Below are positions 55,961-64,000 of a stretch of 64,000 bases of DNA, piece by piece. Below the pieces are notes generated by a model. The model made no database searches. It was not told the origin of the DNA and worked only from the letters and a program-made list of their open reading frames with translations. This DNA comes from Opitutia bacterium (GTDB lineage Bacteria; Verrucomicrobiota; Verrucomicrobiia; Opitutales; T3Sed10-336): contig JBJHCF010000024.1 in the NCBI GenBank assembly GCA_050506795.1, positions 1 through 64,000 on the forward strand, written 5' to 3'. Position 1 is the stretch's first letter, and each line of letters starts with the position of its first letter. Both the position numbers and the translations under genes were made by a program.

Positions 55961-57865
55961 TTACCGGCGCAATTCCGTGCGCTGTTTGAGCTCCTCCTGC
56001 CAGCCGGGCTCGTAAGCCGTGATACGCCAGCCTTCGTCTCTGTAGCCCTGGAGCGTGAAAAGAACGGCGTAGCGACGATGACGGGCATGGATGTGTCCCC
56101 AGTGCTCGACGGTGCCGGTCACCGTCCAAACAGCGTCGTATTGAAAAGCCCGGAGGGCGCCTTCATCCGCCGCCGCTTCTTTCAGCTGTCCGTTTTCGAG
56201 TTCGAGCGCCTCGACGCGGGGCAGTGAACCGCCTTGGTCGTCCATTGCAAGTTTTTGCCGGATATAGAGATAAATCTCTTCGCGGAGCGGGCCGGCAACG
56301 CTCTTCGCCAGCGTGTCGTAAATGTCCTCTTCGCTCCGGCGTTCGAAGGCGCGGTAAACGTTGCGGTGGAGCGGCTCGAATATTGCGCGGGCCTCCTGTT
56401 CCGACAGGGGTTCGGCACGGGTGAATGGCTGCGGAACCGAGGCACGCGGTCCGGTCGTGCCCCAGACCGCCACCACCGCGCTGCTCAGGCCGACTGCCAG
56501 CATCATAATCCGCGATGCCGGTGTCCCGGCAAACAGCAGGCCCAGGCCGGCAAGGACCACTCCGAAACCGCCCGCAATCGTCACCAGCGGAAGTTGGAGG
56601 CGCGGAGGACCTTTGGGAGCGGGGATTGACTCAAGCGCGCCCAACTGCGGGGCCTCGGGACGCTGCCAGATGATTCGCCGTTCAAAAGCATCGAGGTACC
56701 CCCGTTTCAGTTCTCCGTCGTAGGGATAGATGCGGGGCGTCAAATGGTCCATGTGCCGGTTATAGAAATCCCATTCAAACTCTACCTGACGGGGCGGCTC
56801 CGCGGCGGGAAACGAGGCGATGATTCCGGCGCGCGCGCCGTAAATGCTGACGTCGACTTCGGGCGCCTGACGTGCGAAGTCGCGATGTCCGGGGCCGAAA
56901 AACTCGAGTTGCACCAGCTCGGGCGCGACAGGATTCCCGTTGATTTTCACCCGGTTGTGCTCCCGCAAAAAAATCGTCATGTCCTTCTCGACGGCGCGCT
57001 GCTCCGCGACAGTCAGTCTGTCCTCAGACTCTCGCTCGATCGAGAACCAGCTTTCGAGCGTAAGGAAGGGGACGAGGATCTCGTGCCGTACTTCGCGTTC
57101 GTTTATATAGATGTAATTGTAAACCCACGAGTAGCTTGTGAGCCCCAGTCCATCGTCGTCGCGGAACTCAGCCAGGAGCCTTTTCTGTTCCTGTTCGTCC
57201 TCCGTCGCTTTGAGGCGCTCGAAGTCAATGTCCCAGTCCAGTTCGTAAACGTGAAGGGTGCCATGGGCGAGCACCACCGGCTCGCGCATGTCCAACCCGC
57301 GTTGAAACAGCCGCACCCGCATCTCCGCCGGCACCGGCGGTTCGGTGCCTCCAAAATCCTGATACACGCTGAGAAAGCTCGGTCGCTTCCCGGGACCGAA
57401 GGGCGCCTCATAAGCGTACGATACCGAGTACCCCATTAGATCATCCTGCGGAACTCCGCTCTCGGGAATATCGGTAAGGTCAATCGAAACAAGCTCCAAC
57501 CCATATCGCTTTCCGTCCTGATCGCGCAGCGCGAAATGCCGGCTGAGAAACGCATGGTGGGCACGCGCGTTTTCAGCCACGGTTTCGAATGGAATCGGCC
57601 GGTCCTCGGCCGGCTCGAGATCCTGGAAAAAGAGGAAATCCTCCACCAGGTGTTCGATAGTGACGGCAATTCTATCCTCACGAACGTCGATAACCGTTTC
57701 GCTCAGGGAGATCGGATGCGCGGTCGCGGAGGTCGTTGCGAGCAGGAACAGGCCGACTCCGGACGTCGCAACCGCGGTCGCGATTCGCCTCGCGGACGGT
57801 TGGGCGGACTCCCGCCGGGCTTGGATCATTGGGGGATCAACCTCCCCGGGGCGACGCCGGGTCAT
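55961..57865 (-). CDS. Hypothetical exported, membrane-anchored protein
   Basis: Signal peptide ending ATA|HPIS; large soluble region, two TM helices, C-terminal domain with GTVEHWGHIHAR; ATG directly abuts the PHP gene stop. Confidence 0.75.
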   Translation of the reverse strand: MTRRRPGEVDPPMIQARRESAQPSARRIATAVATSGVGLFLLATTSATAHPISLSETVIDVREDRIAVTIEHLVEDFLFFQDLEPAEDRPIPFETVAENARAHHAFLSRHFALRDQDGKRYGLELVSIDLTDIPESGVPQDDLMGYSVSYAYEAPFGPGKRPSFLSVYQDFGGTEPPVPAEMRVRLFQRGLDMREPVVLAHGTLHVYELDWDIDFERLKATEDEQEQKRLLAEFRDDDGLGLTSYSWVYNYIYINEREVRHEILVPFLTLESWFSIERESEDRLTVAEQRAVEKDMTIFLREHNRVKINGNPVAPELVQLEFFGPGHRDFARQAPEVDVSIYGARAGIIASFPAAEPPRQVEFEWDFYNRHMDHLTPRIYPYDGELKRGYLDAFERRIIWQRPEAPQLGALESIPAPKGPPRLQLPLVTIAGGFGVVLAGLGLLFAGTPASRIMMLAVGLSSAVVAVWGTTGPRASVPQPFTRAEPLSEQEARAIFEPLHRNVYRAFERRSEEDIYDTLAKSVAGPLREEIYLYIRQKLAMDDQGGSLPRVEALELENGQLKEAAADEGALRAFQYDAVWTVTGTVEHWGHIHARHRRYAVLFTLQGYRDEGWRITAYEPGWQEELKQRTELRR

Positions 57866-58966
57866 TTATTCAGGACGCTGCCGGACACCGAACGGTTGCG
57901 TGTAGGCGGTGCCGCCCTGGCCGCGGATTTCGACACGGAGGTAGTTGCCCAACCCCTCGGTGTTGTTCAGATCGAGCACGGACCCATGGTCCTGCACAAC
58001 CTGCCCGCCCGCGGAAATCCACCTGTAGTCGTCCATTGGGACGGGTTCGCCGGCGGACTCGGCTTCAATGGTCACGGTGCCCGCTTCCAGATCGTAGTCG
58101 ATCCTCCTGATAACAGGCGCCTTGGCAAGATCGCGTTCGTCGCTGGGATGGGTCATTATCGTCGTCGCGTAAAACTGCCCCCTGTACAGTGCCAGGCGGG
58201 CGCGATCCGCATCAAGACTCGGCAGGAGAAAGACGGTCGCATTGAGCCCGACATGACCTGAGTTGTGGCTGTCGTCGTTGGCGAAACCCCAGATGCCGCG
58301 CCGTGGCATGAACTCCGTCAGAAGCGCGTCCCATAGCAGGCGGTCCTGCGGATAACGGTCGGTCATGTTGTGAATTTCCATTCCGATCAGGCTCGGATAT
58401 TCTCTGAAGAGAGCGGCGTAATTTTCCAGAACATCATCGGGGATTTCTCCCTCCTCATTCGGACTCCAATAACGTCCCGGATGGTTCAGATGAGAAAAAC
58501 CACCCAACTCCTCATGTTCGGCGAGCGAGGTCTCCAGATCCCCGGTGGATCGATCGCGAAACGGTTGGGGATAACGAGTGAAGTGGCTGTTGACATGATG
58601 ATGCCGGGAAAGCTCATTGGACACGATGGCAACCATGCCCAACTCGTCGGGATCGCGGCCGTAGGCCTGCCAGGGCCAGGTGACGTGGTTGTGGTCGGTG
58701 ATGGCCAGAATCTCGAAGCCGGCAGCGTGATATTCGTCAATCACCTGATCCGGGTCGTTTTGACCGTCGGATTCGGTCGTATGATTGTGCAGGCTGCCCA
58801 GGTGCTGACCGTATTCTTCCCAGATCACTCCGTCGTAAGGGTTCTTGGTAATGATCCACTCCGCCTCGTTGGTTTCATCCGCCAGGGAAAGGGAGCTGAA
58901 TCCGCCGGCGATCCCACCTGTCAGCAATATAGCTGAAAAAATCTTATAGAATCGTTTGGTACTCAT
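57866..58966 (-). CDS. Secreted PHP-family phosphoesterase
   Basis: Signal peptide; LHNHTTESDG, AITDHN, NELS..H, NHP, NDDSH. Confidence 0.85.
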   Translation of the reverse strand: MSTKRFYKIFSAILLTGGIAGGFSSLSLADETNEAEWIITKNPYDGVIWEEYGQHLGSLHNHTTESDGQNDPDQVIDEYHAAGFEILAITDHNHVTWPWQAYGRDPDELGMVAIVSNELSRHHHVNSHFTRYPQPFRDRSTGDLETSLAEHEELGGFSHLNHPGRYWSPNEEGEIPDDVLENYAALFREYPSLIGMEIHNMTDRYPQDRLLWDALLTEFMPRRGIWGFANDDSHNSGHVGLNATVFLLPSLDADRARLALYRGQFYATTIMTHPSDERDLAKAPVIRRIDYDLEAGTVTIEAESAGEPVPMDDYRWISAGGQVVQDHGSVLDLNNTEGLGNYLRVEIRGQGGTAYTQPFGVRQRPE

Positions 58967-59174
58967 TAGTTCATTTCTTGAGTTCTATCGCTGGGAAAGC
59001 GGATTCGTATTAACCGATCTGACTTTGATCGGGTTGTTCGATCAGCCAAGGGTCCTCCATGTCCGGCGCGGTGTCAATCGGGATGCGCCGGGCAAGCAGT
59101 TTCATTGCGCGACCACGGGGTGGTTAAAAATGCCTTGCCTTGAGTCGTTTGCCAACTGAATAATCGTCTTTCTA

Positions 59175-60779
59175 ATGCATACAATACTGCTGTCTCCCGC
59201 CCGCTTTCGCTTCAGCCTCATGGTCCTCACGTTCGGCGCGCTCTGTTTTTCGCCGTTGTTGAACGGATCTGAGCCGCCGCCAGTCACACCTCCACCGGAG
59301 TCTTTTTTTCAGCTTGTTCGAGAGAACGATCGGGAGGTTGCCCGCGAATTCTACGAGAAGTATATCGACGTGAACGGGCTTCCAGTAGTCGCTTCCGGCG
59401 AAGTGGACGACCGGGCGCTGCAGATCACCTATTCCATCGTAACCCACATGCTGGCGGGAAGGCCGGATATTAACGAAGCCATGGCGGAAAACGGCATGTA
59501 TCTGATCATAATCGGCGCCAAGCAGTTGTACACCGACATGCCGGAGTATCGGAATCACCCGAATCCGGATTTTATGAATGAGCGGGTCCGGGGCACCGGG
59601 GGCCGGCCGACCAGTTTCGGAGAGGAGAATTTGCTCGGCTTGTCTTTGGATCGCTACGACGACGAAAGCATTGCCGTTCATGAGTTCCTTCACACCATCG
59701 ATTCCACCTTGCGCGGCATCGATCCCACCTGGACCGAGCGCCGTAACGCCGCTTACCGCAATGCGATGGATAACGGACTCTGGACGGGAGCCTACGCCAC
59801 CAGCAACGCCGGGGAGTACTGGGGTGAGATCGGCCAGTCCTATTTCGACAGCAACCGTCCCAATAATTGGAATCACAATCCGGTGATCACTCGCGAGGCG
59901 CTGAAGAACTACGACCCGGTCGGTTATGAACTCGCGCGAACGGTTTTCAATTTGAGTCCGGAACAGGATTGGCGTTACTCATTTCCCACTCAACAGCCGT
60001 CGGTGGAGTCGCCGCCCGAACATTTCGATATCGATCCCTATTACACCAAGTTCACCTGGGCGCGGGAGTTCACCGTATTGGGACGTGAAGCGAGCGACGA
60101 GGCATTGCTGAAAGCGAACGACACCATCCGCAAGCTCTTCGCCTACCGGCATGATATTCTCAAAGCCTTGATCGACGATGGCGTCAGGCTTGTGGTTCTC
60201 GGGGAAAACGAATCGATCGGCGACCTGCCTGAGTACGAGGAAATGAAGGATCTCGAGGGTTTTAATCCCCTGGCGCGCATTCTGTATTACCGGCCGGAGG
60301 CGAAACTGCTGGTTGTTGGGGAGGAGAACGTGATGGGGGATCCTTGGGATCCCTGGGTGGGGGAATCGTTCCTGATCCGCGTGATGGCGAAGGCGGTTTA
60401 TGAAGTGACCGCGACGCGCCCGGTGGATCCCGATTGGGAAGATCGGGGGCGCGCGGTGCAGCAGTACGAATTGCGGGTTAAGCGTCTCGACATCGAATTT
60501 GACGAAAGGCTCGAAGCGATTCACTCCGCGGCGGTCGAGCAGGGTCTGTGGCGGGGAACTCCCGGATACACCTGTCGAGTCGCGTATTGGGCGGATGCGG
60601 TGGGCGCCTATTTCGACGCCCGTCACAACGTTCCCGGACCCGTGGGTGCGGCCCATCCGATCACGACGCGGAAATCACTGAGGGATTACGACCCGGACCT
60701 CTACGACCTCGTTCGTGAAACCATGGCCTACGAGGGCAGGGTGGATTGGCGATTCACGCCGGCACGATTCAACCGCTGA
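59175..60779 (+). CDS. Secreted tandem lethal-factor-like (ATLF) zinc metallopeptidase, second repeat inactive
   Basis: VHEFLH (59679-59693) and NAGEYWGE in repeat 1; an internal duplication begins at about 59990. Confidence 0.75.
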   Translation: MHTILLSPARFRFSLMVLTFGALCFSPLLNGSEPPPVTPPPESFFQLVRENDREVAREFYEKYIDVNGLPVVASGEVDDRALQITYSIVTHMLAGRPDINEAMAENGMYLIIIGAKQLYTDMPEYRNHPNPDFMNERVRGTGGRPTSFGEENLLGLSLDRYDDESIAVHEFLHTIDSTLRGIDPTWTERRNAAYRNAMDNGLWTGAYATSNAGEYWGEIGQSYFDSNRPNNWNHNPVITREALKNYDPVGYELARTVFNLSPEQDWRYSFPTQQPSVESPPEHFDIDPYYTKFTWAREFTVLGREASDEALLKANDTIRKLFAYRHDILKALIDDGVRLVVLGENESIGDLPEYEEMKDLEGFNPLARILYYRPEAKLLVVGEENVMGDPWDPWVGESFLIRVMAKAVYEVTATRPVDPDWEDRGRAVQQYELRVKRLDIEFDERLEAIHSAAVEQGLWRGTPGYTCRVAYWADAVGAYFDARHNVPGPVGAAHPITTRKSLRDYDPDLYDLVRETMAYEGRVDWRFTPARFNR

Positions 60780-60810
60780 TTGACTCATAGCCACGAGCCC
60801 GCGGTCCGCC

Positions 60811-62385
60811 ATGATGCAGCATTTCCTCAAGACGATTGAGCGCGCCGGAAACCGCCTGCCGGACCCGGCGACGCTCTTCGCGCTGGGACTGCTCCTGGTC
60901 ATCCTGGTCTCGCATCTCGCCTTTGTTTTCGACTGGGAAGTGGTCGAGCGCCGCCCGGTCGAAGTCACCCCCGGCGAAGTGCAGTGGGAGGCGACCGGCG
61001 AGGTGCACCGGCCCACCAGCCTGGCTACCTCCGACGGCATCTTCTGGGTGCTCAAGAACGTCAGAAATCATTTCATCAATTTCCCGCCGTTGGGGATTGT
61101 CCTGGTTGGGATGCTCGGGATCGGGGTCGCCGAACGCACGGGATTTATTTCCGCCCTTCTCCGCCTTACCCTCACTCGTCTGCCGAACCATCTGCTGACA
61201 CCGGCCACGATCTTTCTCGGAATTCTCTCAACGGTGGCGAGCGATGCGGGATACATTGTGCTCCCTCCGCTGGCCGCGATGGTTTACATTTCGTTCGGGC
61301 GCCCGCCGCTCGCGGGAATCGCCGCCGCGTTCGCGGGCGTATCGGCCGGGTTCAACGCGAACCTCATGATCACCACACTGGATCCCATGCTGGCTGAGCT
61401 CAGCCAGGAAGGGGCGCGGATAATCGATCCGGAGTATTCGGTCAGCCCGGTGGCCAACTGGTATTTCATGATCGTATCGACCTTTGTCCTGACGTTGGCG
61501 GGTTGGTGGGCGAGCGAAAAGCTCGTCGAACCGACGCTGCGGTCCAACAACGGAAACTCGATCGACGATTCTTCCACGCACGAACAACCCGACGAGGTGA
61601 CGTCCTCGGAGGCCAAGGGGGTGTTCATCGCACTGGGTGCGACCGCGGTGTTTTTCGGAATCCTGTTGGCGACAATTCTGATACCGGGGGCGCCCCTTTA
61701 CGGGACGATCGGAGAGGGTCTGGTGGCGCCGGGTGAGGATCCCGACTGGCAGCGTTGGTTCGTGGTGGTAGTGCCGCTTCTCTTCTTGGCCCTCTTTGTT
61801 CCCGGAGTGACGTACGGGATCCATCAGAAAGTGATTCGCAACGACAAAGATGTGGCAAAGCTGTTCACCGAGAGCATATCCGCCATGGCGCCGATTATCG
61901 TCCTGGCATTTTTTGCCGGTCAGTTTATCGGCTGTTTTGCCGAGAGCGGACTCGGCCGGATGATGGCCGAGTTCGGCGGCCAGTCTCTCGGACAAGCCGC
62001 GCTCCCGATTTGGGGACTGCTGGTGGTCTTTGTTTTTATCACCGGCGGCTTCAATCTGCTGGTCGGGTCGATGTCGGCCAAATACGCGGTGTTCGCCCCG
62101 ATCTTCGTGCCGATGTTCATGATGGTCGGAATCAGTCCGGAACTCACCCAGGCAGCCTACCGTATCGGCGATTCCACGACCAATATCATCACTCCGCTGA
62201 ATCCGTACCTGATCATCGTGCTGATGTTCATCCAGCGCTACCGTGCGAACGCGGGAATCGGCACCCTGATCTCGCTTATGCTGCCCTACACCATCGTGTT
62301 CACCATCGTCTGGCTCATTATGTTCGTCATATGGATCTGGATCGGCATTCCTCTTGGCCCTTCGGGCCCGGTCGCGTATCCGTAG
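60811..62385 (+). CDS. AbgT family transporter
   Basis: IERAGNRLPDP, NFPPLG, GVSAGFNAN, ANWYF, AYRIGDSTTNIITP. Confidence 0.93.
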   Translation: MMQHFLKTIERAGNRLPDPATLFALGLLLVILVSHLAFVFDWEVVERRPVEVTPGEVQWEATGEVHRPTSLATSDGIFWVLKNVRNHFINFPPLGIVLVGMLGIGVAERTGFISALLRLTLTRLPNHLLTPATIFLGILSTVASDAGYIVLPPLAAMVYISFGRPPLAGIAAAFAGVSAGFNANLMITTLDPMLAELSQEGARIIDPEYSVSPVANWYFMIVSTFVLTLAGWWASEKLVEPTLRSNNGNSIDDSSTHEQPDEVTSSEAKGVFIALGATAVFFGILLATILIPGAPLYGTIGEGLVAPGEDPDWQRWFVVVVPLLFLALFVPGVTYGIHQKVIRNDKDVAKLFTESISAMAPIIVLAFFAGQFIGCFAESGLGRMMAEFGGQSLGQAALPIWGLLVVFVFITGGFNLLVGSMSAKYAVFAPIFVPMFMMVGISPELTQAAYRIGDSTTNIITPLNPYLIIVLMFIQRYRANAGIGTLISLMLPYTIVFTIVWLIMFVIWIWIGIPLGPSGPVAYP

Positions 62386-62515
62386 GCATACGACACCGCG
62401 CCGTTGGCGTTGCGGCGGAAAGGCCGGTCTGGTTGAACCCTCTGTGTCTCCGTGCCTTCGTAATACTATAACAAAACAGGAGCAGACATAATCGAATCGC
62501 ATCGGATCTTTCCCT

Positions 62516-62562
62516 GGAGGGCCATGCTCCCGCATGGCCGCCGACCTGGGAGCGCGGCCCTC
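62516..62562. repeat. REP/REPIN-like inverted doublet with a GGAG foot
   Basis: GGAG + perfect palindrome GGCCATGC-TCCC-GCATGGCC (62516-62539). An inverted partial copy reads GAGGGCCGCGCTCCC on the minus strand (62548-62562). It lies between convergent genes. Confidence 0.65.
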
Positions 62563-62588
62563 AAAGGGAAGAGCGGATCGCATTCAGG

Positions 62589-63998
62589 TTAAACGATCGA
62601 CTGCTTGATTCCGAGCGGGTTGGCGTCTTGCAGTTCCGGTGGAAGGATGGACTGGGGTGCGTTTTGCCAGGCGACCGGCCGGCAGAAGCGGTAAATGGCC
62701 AGAGTGCCGACGGAAGTGCTTCGGCCGTCGGAGGTGGCCGGGTAGGGGCCGCCGTGGACGATGCTGGCGCAGACTTCGACCCCGGTGGGAAACCCGTTGA
62801 AGATGAGACGTCCCGTTCGTTCCTTGAGGGCGGTGACCAGCCCCGGCCGAGAGGCGATTTCCTCTTCGGTGCCGTGGATGGAGGCCGTGAGCTGGCCTTC
62901 GAGGGTGGCGATGGCCGCTTCGATCGCTTCCGGAGAGCCGCGCACCAACAGGCAGGCCGGTCCGAACATTTCCCCCTGCAGAGCCGGGTTGGCGGCGAAA
63001 TCGGCGGCCGATACCTCGAGCACCAATGGTGCTCCCTGGTTTTTTTTGGCGGCCTTTTTGGCCCGGGCCACGACCTTCACTCCGGACTGTCCGGCGAGAG
63101 CCTCGGCGGCATCCGCATAGGTGCAGGCGATGGACGCATTGAGCATCACTCCCGGCGCGGCGTCCTCGACCAGGGCTTGCAGACGTTCAAGGAAAGCATC
63201 GCCACCGGTTTCCGGTAGAAAAACCAGACCCGGATTGGTGCAGAACTGGCCGACACCCAGCGTGAGGGATCCAAAGAATCCCTCGGCGAGCGCCCCGGCT
63301 TTGTCGCCCTCCAGGGCGCCGGGAAGGAAGACCACCGGGTTGACGGAACTCATTTCCGCGTAAACCGGGATGGGCCGCGGCCTTTGAGCGGCGGCTTCCA
63401 TCAGGGCGGTGCCGCCGGCCCGTGAGCCGGTGAACCCGACTGCGTGGATCGCGGGATGGCGCACCACGGAGAGACCGACTTGCCGGCCGCCGCCGAACAG
63501 CAGGGAGAACACACCTTCGGGCATGCCGGTTTTCCGGGCGGCTTCGTTCACCGCATCACCGACGATTTCAGCCACACCAGGGTGGGAATGATGGCCGATC
63601 ACGACGACGGGGCAGCCGGCCGCGAGCGCGGACGCGGTGTCGCCTCCGGCCACCGAGAAGGCGAGCGGAAAATTGCTGGGGCAGTACACCGCGACGGGAC
63701 CCAATGGCCGGAACATGCAACGCAGATCCGGTTTGGGCAGGGGTTGGCGGTCGGGCTGGGCGCGATCGATGCGGGCGTCCACCCAGGAACCTTCCTCTGC
63801 CAGCGCGGCGAAGAGCCTGAGCTGGCCGGTGGTGCGCGCCGTTTCCCCGCGGATACGGGCTTCGGGCAAACCGGTCTCGCGCGGGGCGCGTTCGACGATG
63901 GCCGGAAGCGCGGCTTCAATGCCGTCGGCGATGGCGCGCAGGAAAGCCCCACGGGTTTTTCCCGGGAGGTCGGAGTAGGTGGCGAACGCCGATTCCGC
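62589..63998 (-). CDS. NADP-type aldehyde dehydrogenase, alpha-ketoglutarate semialdehyde (2,5-dioxopentanoate) dehydrogenase-like; 5' end outside the window
   Basis: SNFPLAFSVAGGDTASALAAGCP, GFTGS, YAEMSSVNP, GVGQFCTNPG, HGGPYPATSD; the frame stays open to the window edge. Confidence 0.88.
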   Translation of the reverse strand, partial: AESAFATYSDLPGKTRGAFLRAIADGIEAALPAIVERAPRETGLPEARIRGETARTTGQLRLFAALAEEGSWVDARIDRAQPDRQPLPKPDLRCMFRPLGPVAVYCPSNFPLAFSVAGGDTASALAAGCPVVVIGHHSHPGVAEIVGDAVNEAARKTGMPEGVFSLLFGGGRQVGLSVVRHPAIHAVGFTGSRAGGTALMEAAAQRPRPIPVYAEMSSVNPVVFLPGALEGDKAGALAEGFFGSLTLGVGQFCTNPGLVFLPETGGDAFLERLQALVEDAAPGVMLNASIACTYADAAEALAGQSGVKVVARAKKAAKKNQGAPLVLEVSAADFAANPALQGEMFGPACLLVRGSPEAIEAAIATLEGQLTASIHGTEEEIASRPGLVTALKERTGRLIFNGFPTGVEVCASIVHGGPYPATSDGRSTSVGTLAIYRFCRPVAWQNAPQSILPPELQDANPLGIKQSIV

Positions 63999-64000
63999 CA

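Noticed and set aside
1..64000. CRISPR arrays, tRNA/rRNA genes, prophage or anti-phage defence genes
   Set aside because: No repeat-spacer periodicity, cloverleaf or rRNA-like segments, or phage/defence protein motifs were seen.

Overview
Bacterial chromosome window, probably Verrucomicrobiota (Opitutales-like). This is inferred from the gene set, the lamin-tail/CotH giant protein and its C-terminal motif; the acidic secreted proteins hint at a saline or alkaline habitat. Bases 1-25.9 kb are mostly housekeeping: a partial Y1/RAYT-like transposase, rpmH-rnpA-yidD-yidC-yebC-metX-metW, queD, folP, a B12/iron-chelate ABC importer with an MFS gene, an orphan kinase, an AI-2E permease, a Pal-like lipoprotein, CbiX, a pseudopilin, htpG, an NSS transporter, rng, rodA, rny and trpS. 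Bases 26-64 kb are an accessory catabolic region. It opens with a five-gene secreted-enzyme operon: two DUF5695-like putative glycosidases, a GH127/146 beta-L-arabinofuranosidase, an Svx/AvrXca-like HEXXH peptidase with a beta-helix and LamG domains, and a metallophosphoesterase with a dead second domain. It continues with an AmpG-like permease carrying a 100-aa insertion, a ~2850-aa LTD/CotH surface protein, a DUF885 peptidase, three more phosphoesterases plus a gene remnant, an active+dead tandem zincin next to AbgT, and an alpha-ketoglutarate semialdehyde dehydrogenase. My best candidate for an undescribed system is a pathway for degrading hydroxyproline-rich arabinosylated glycoproteins (extensin or green-algal wall HRGP), possibly including cleavage of arabinose phosphodiester cross-links. 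Family names come from motif recognition only; no searches were run.
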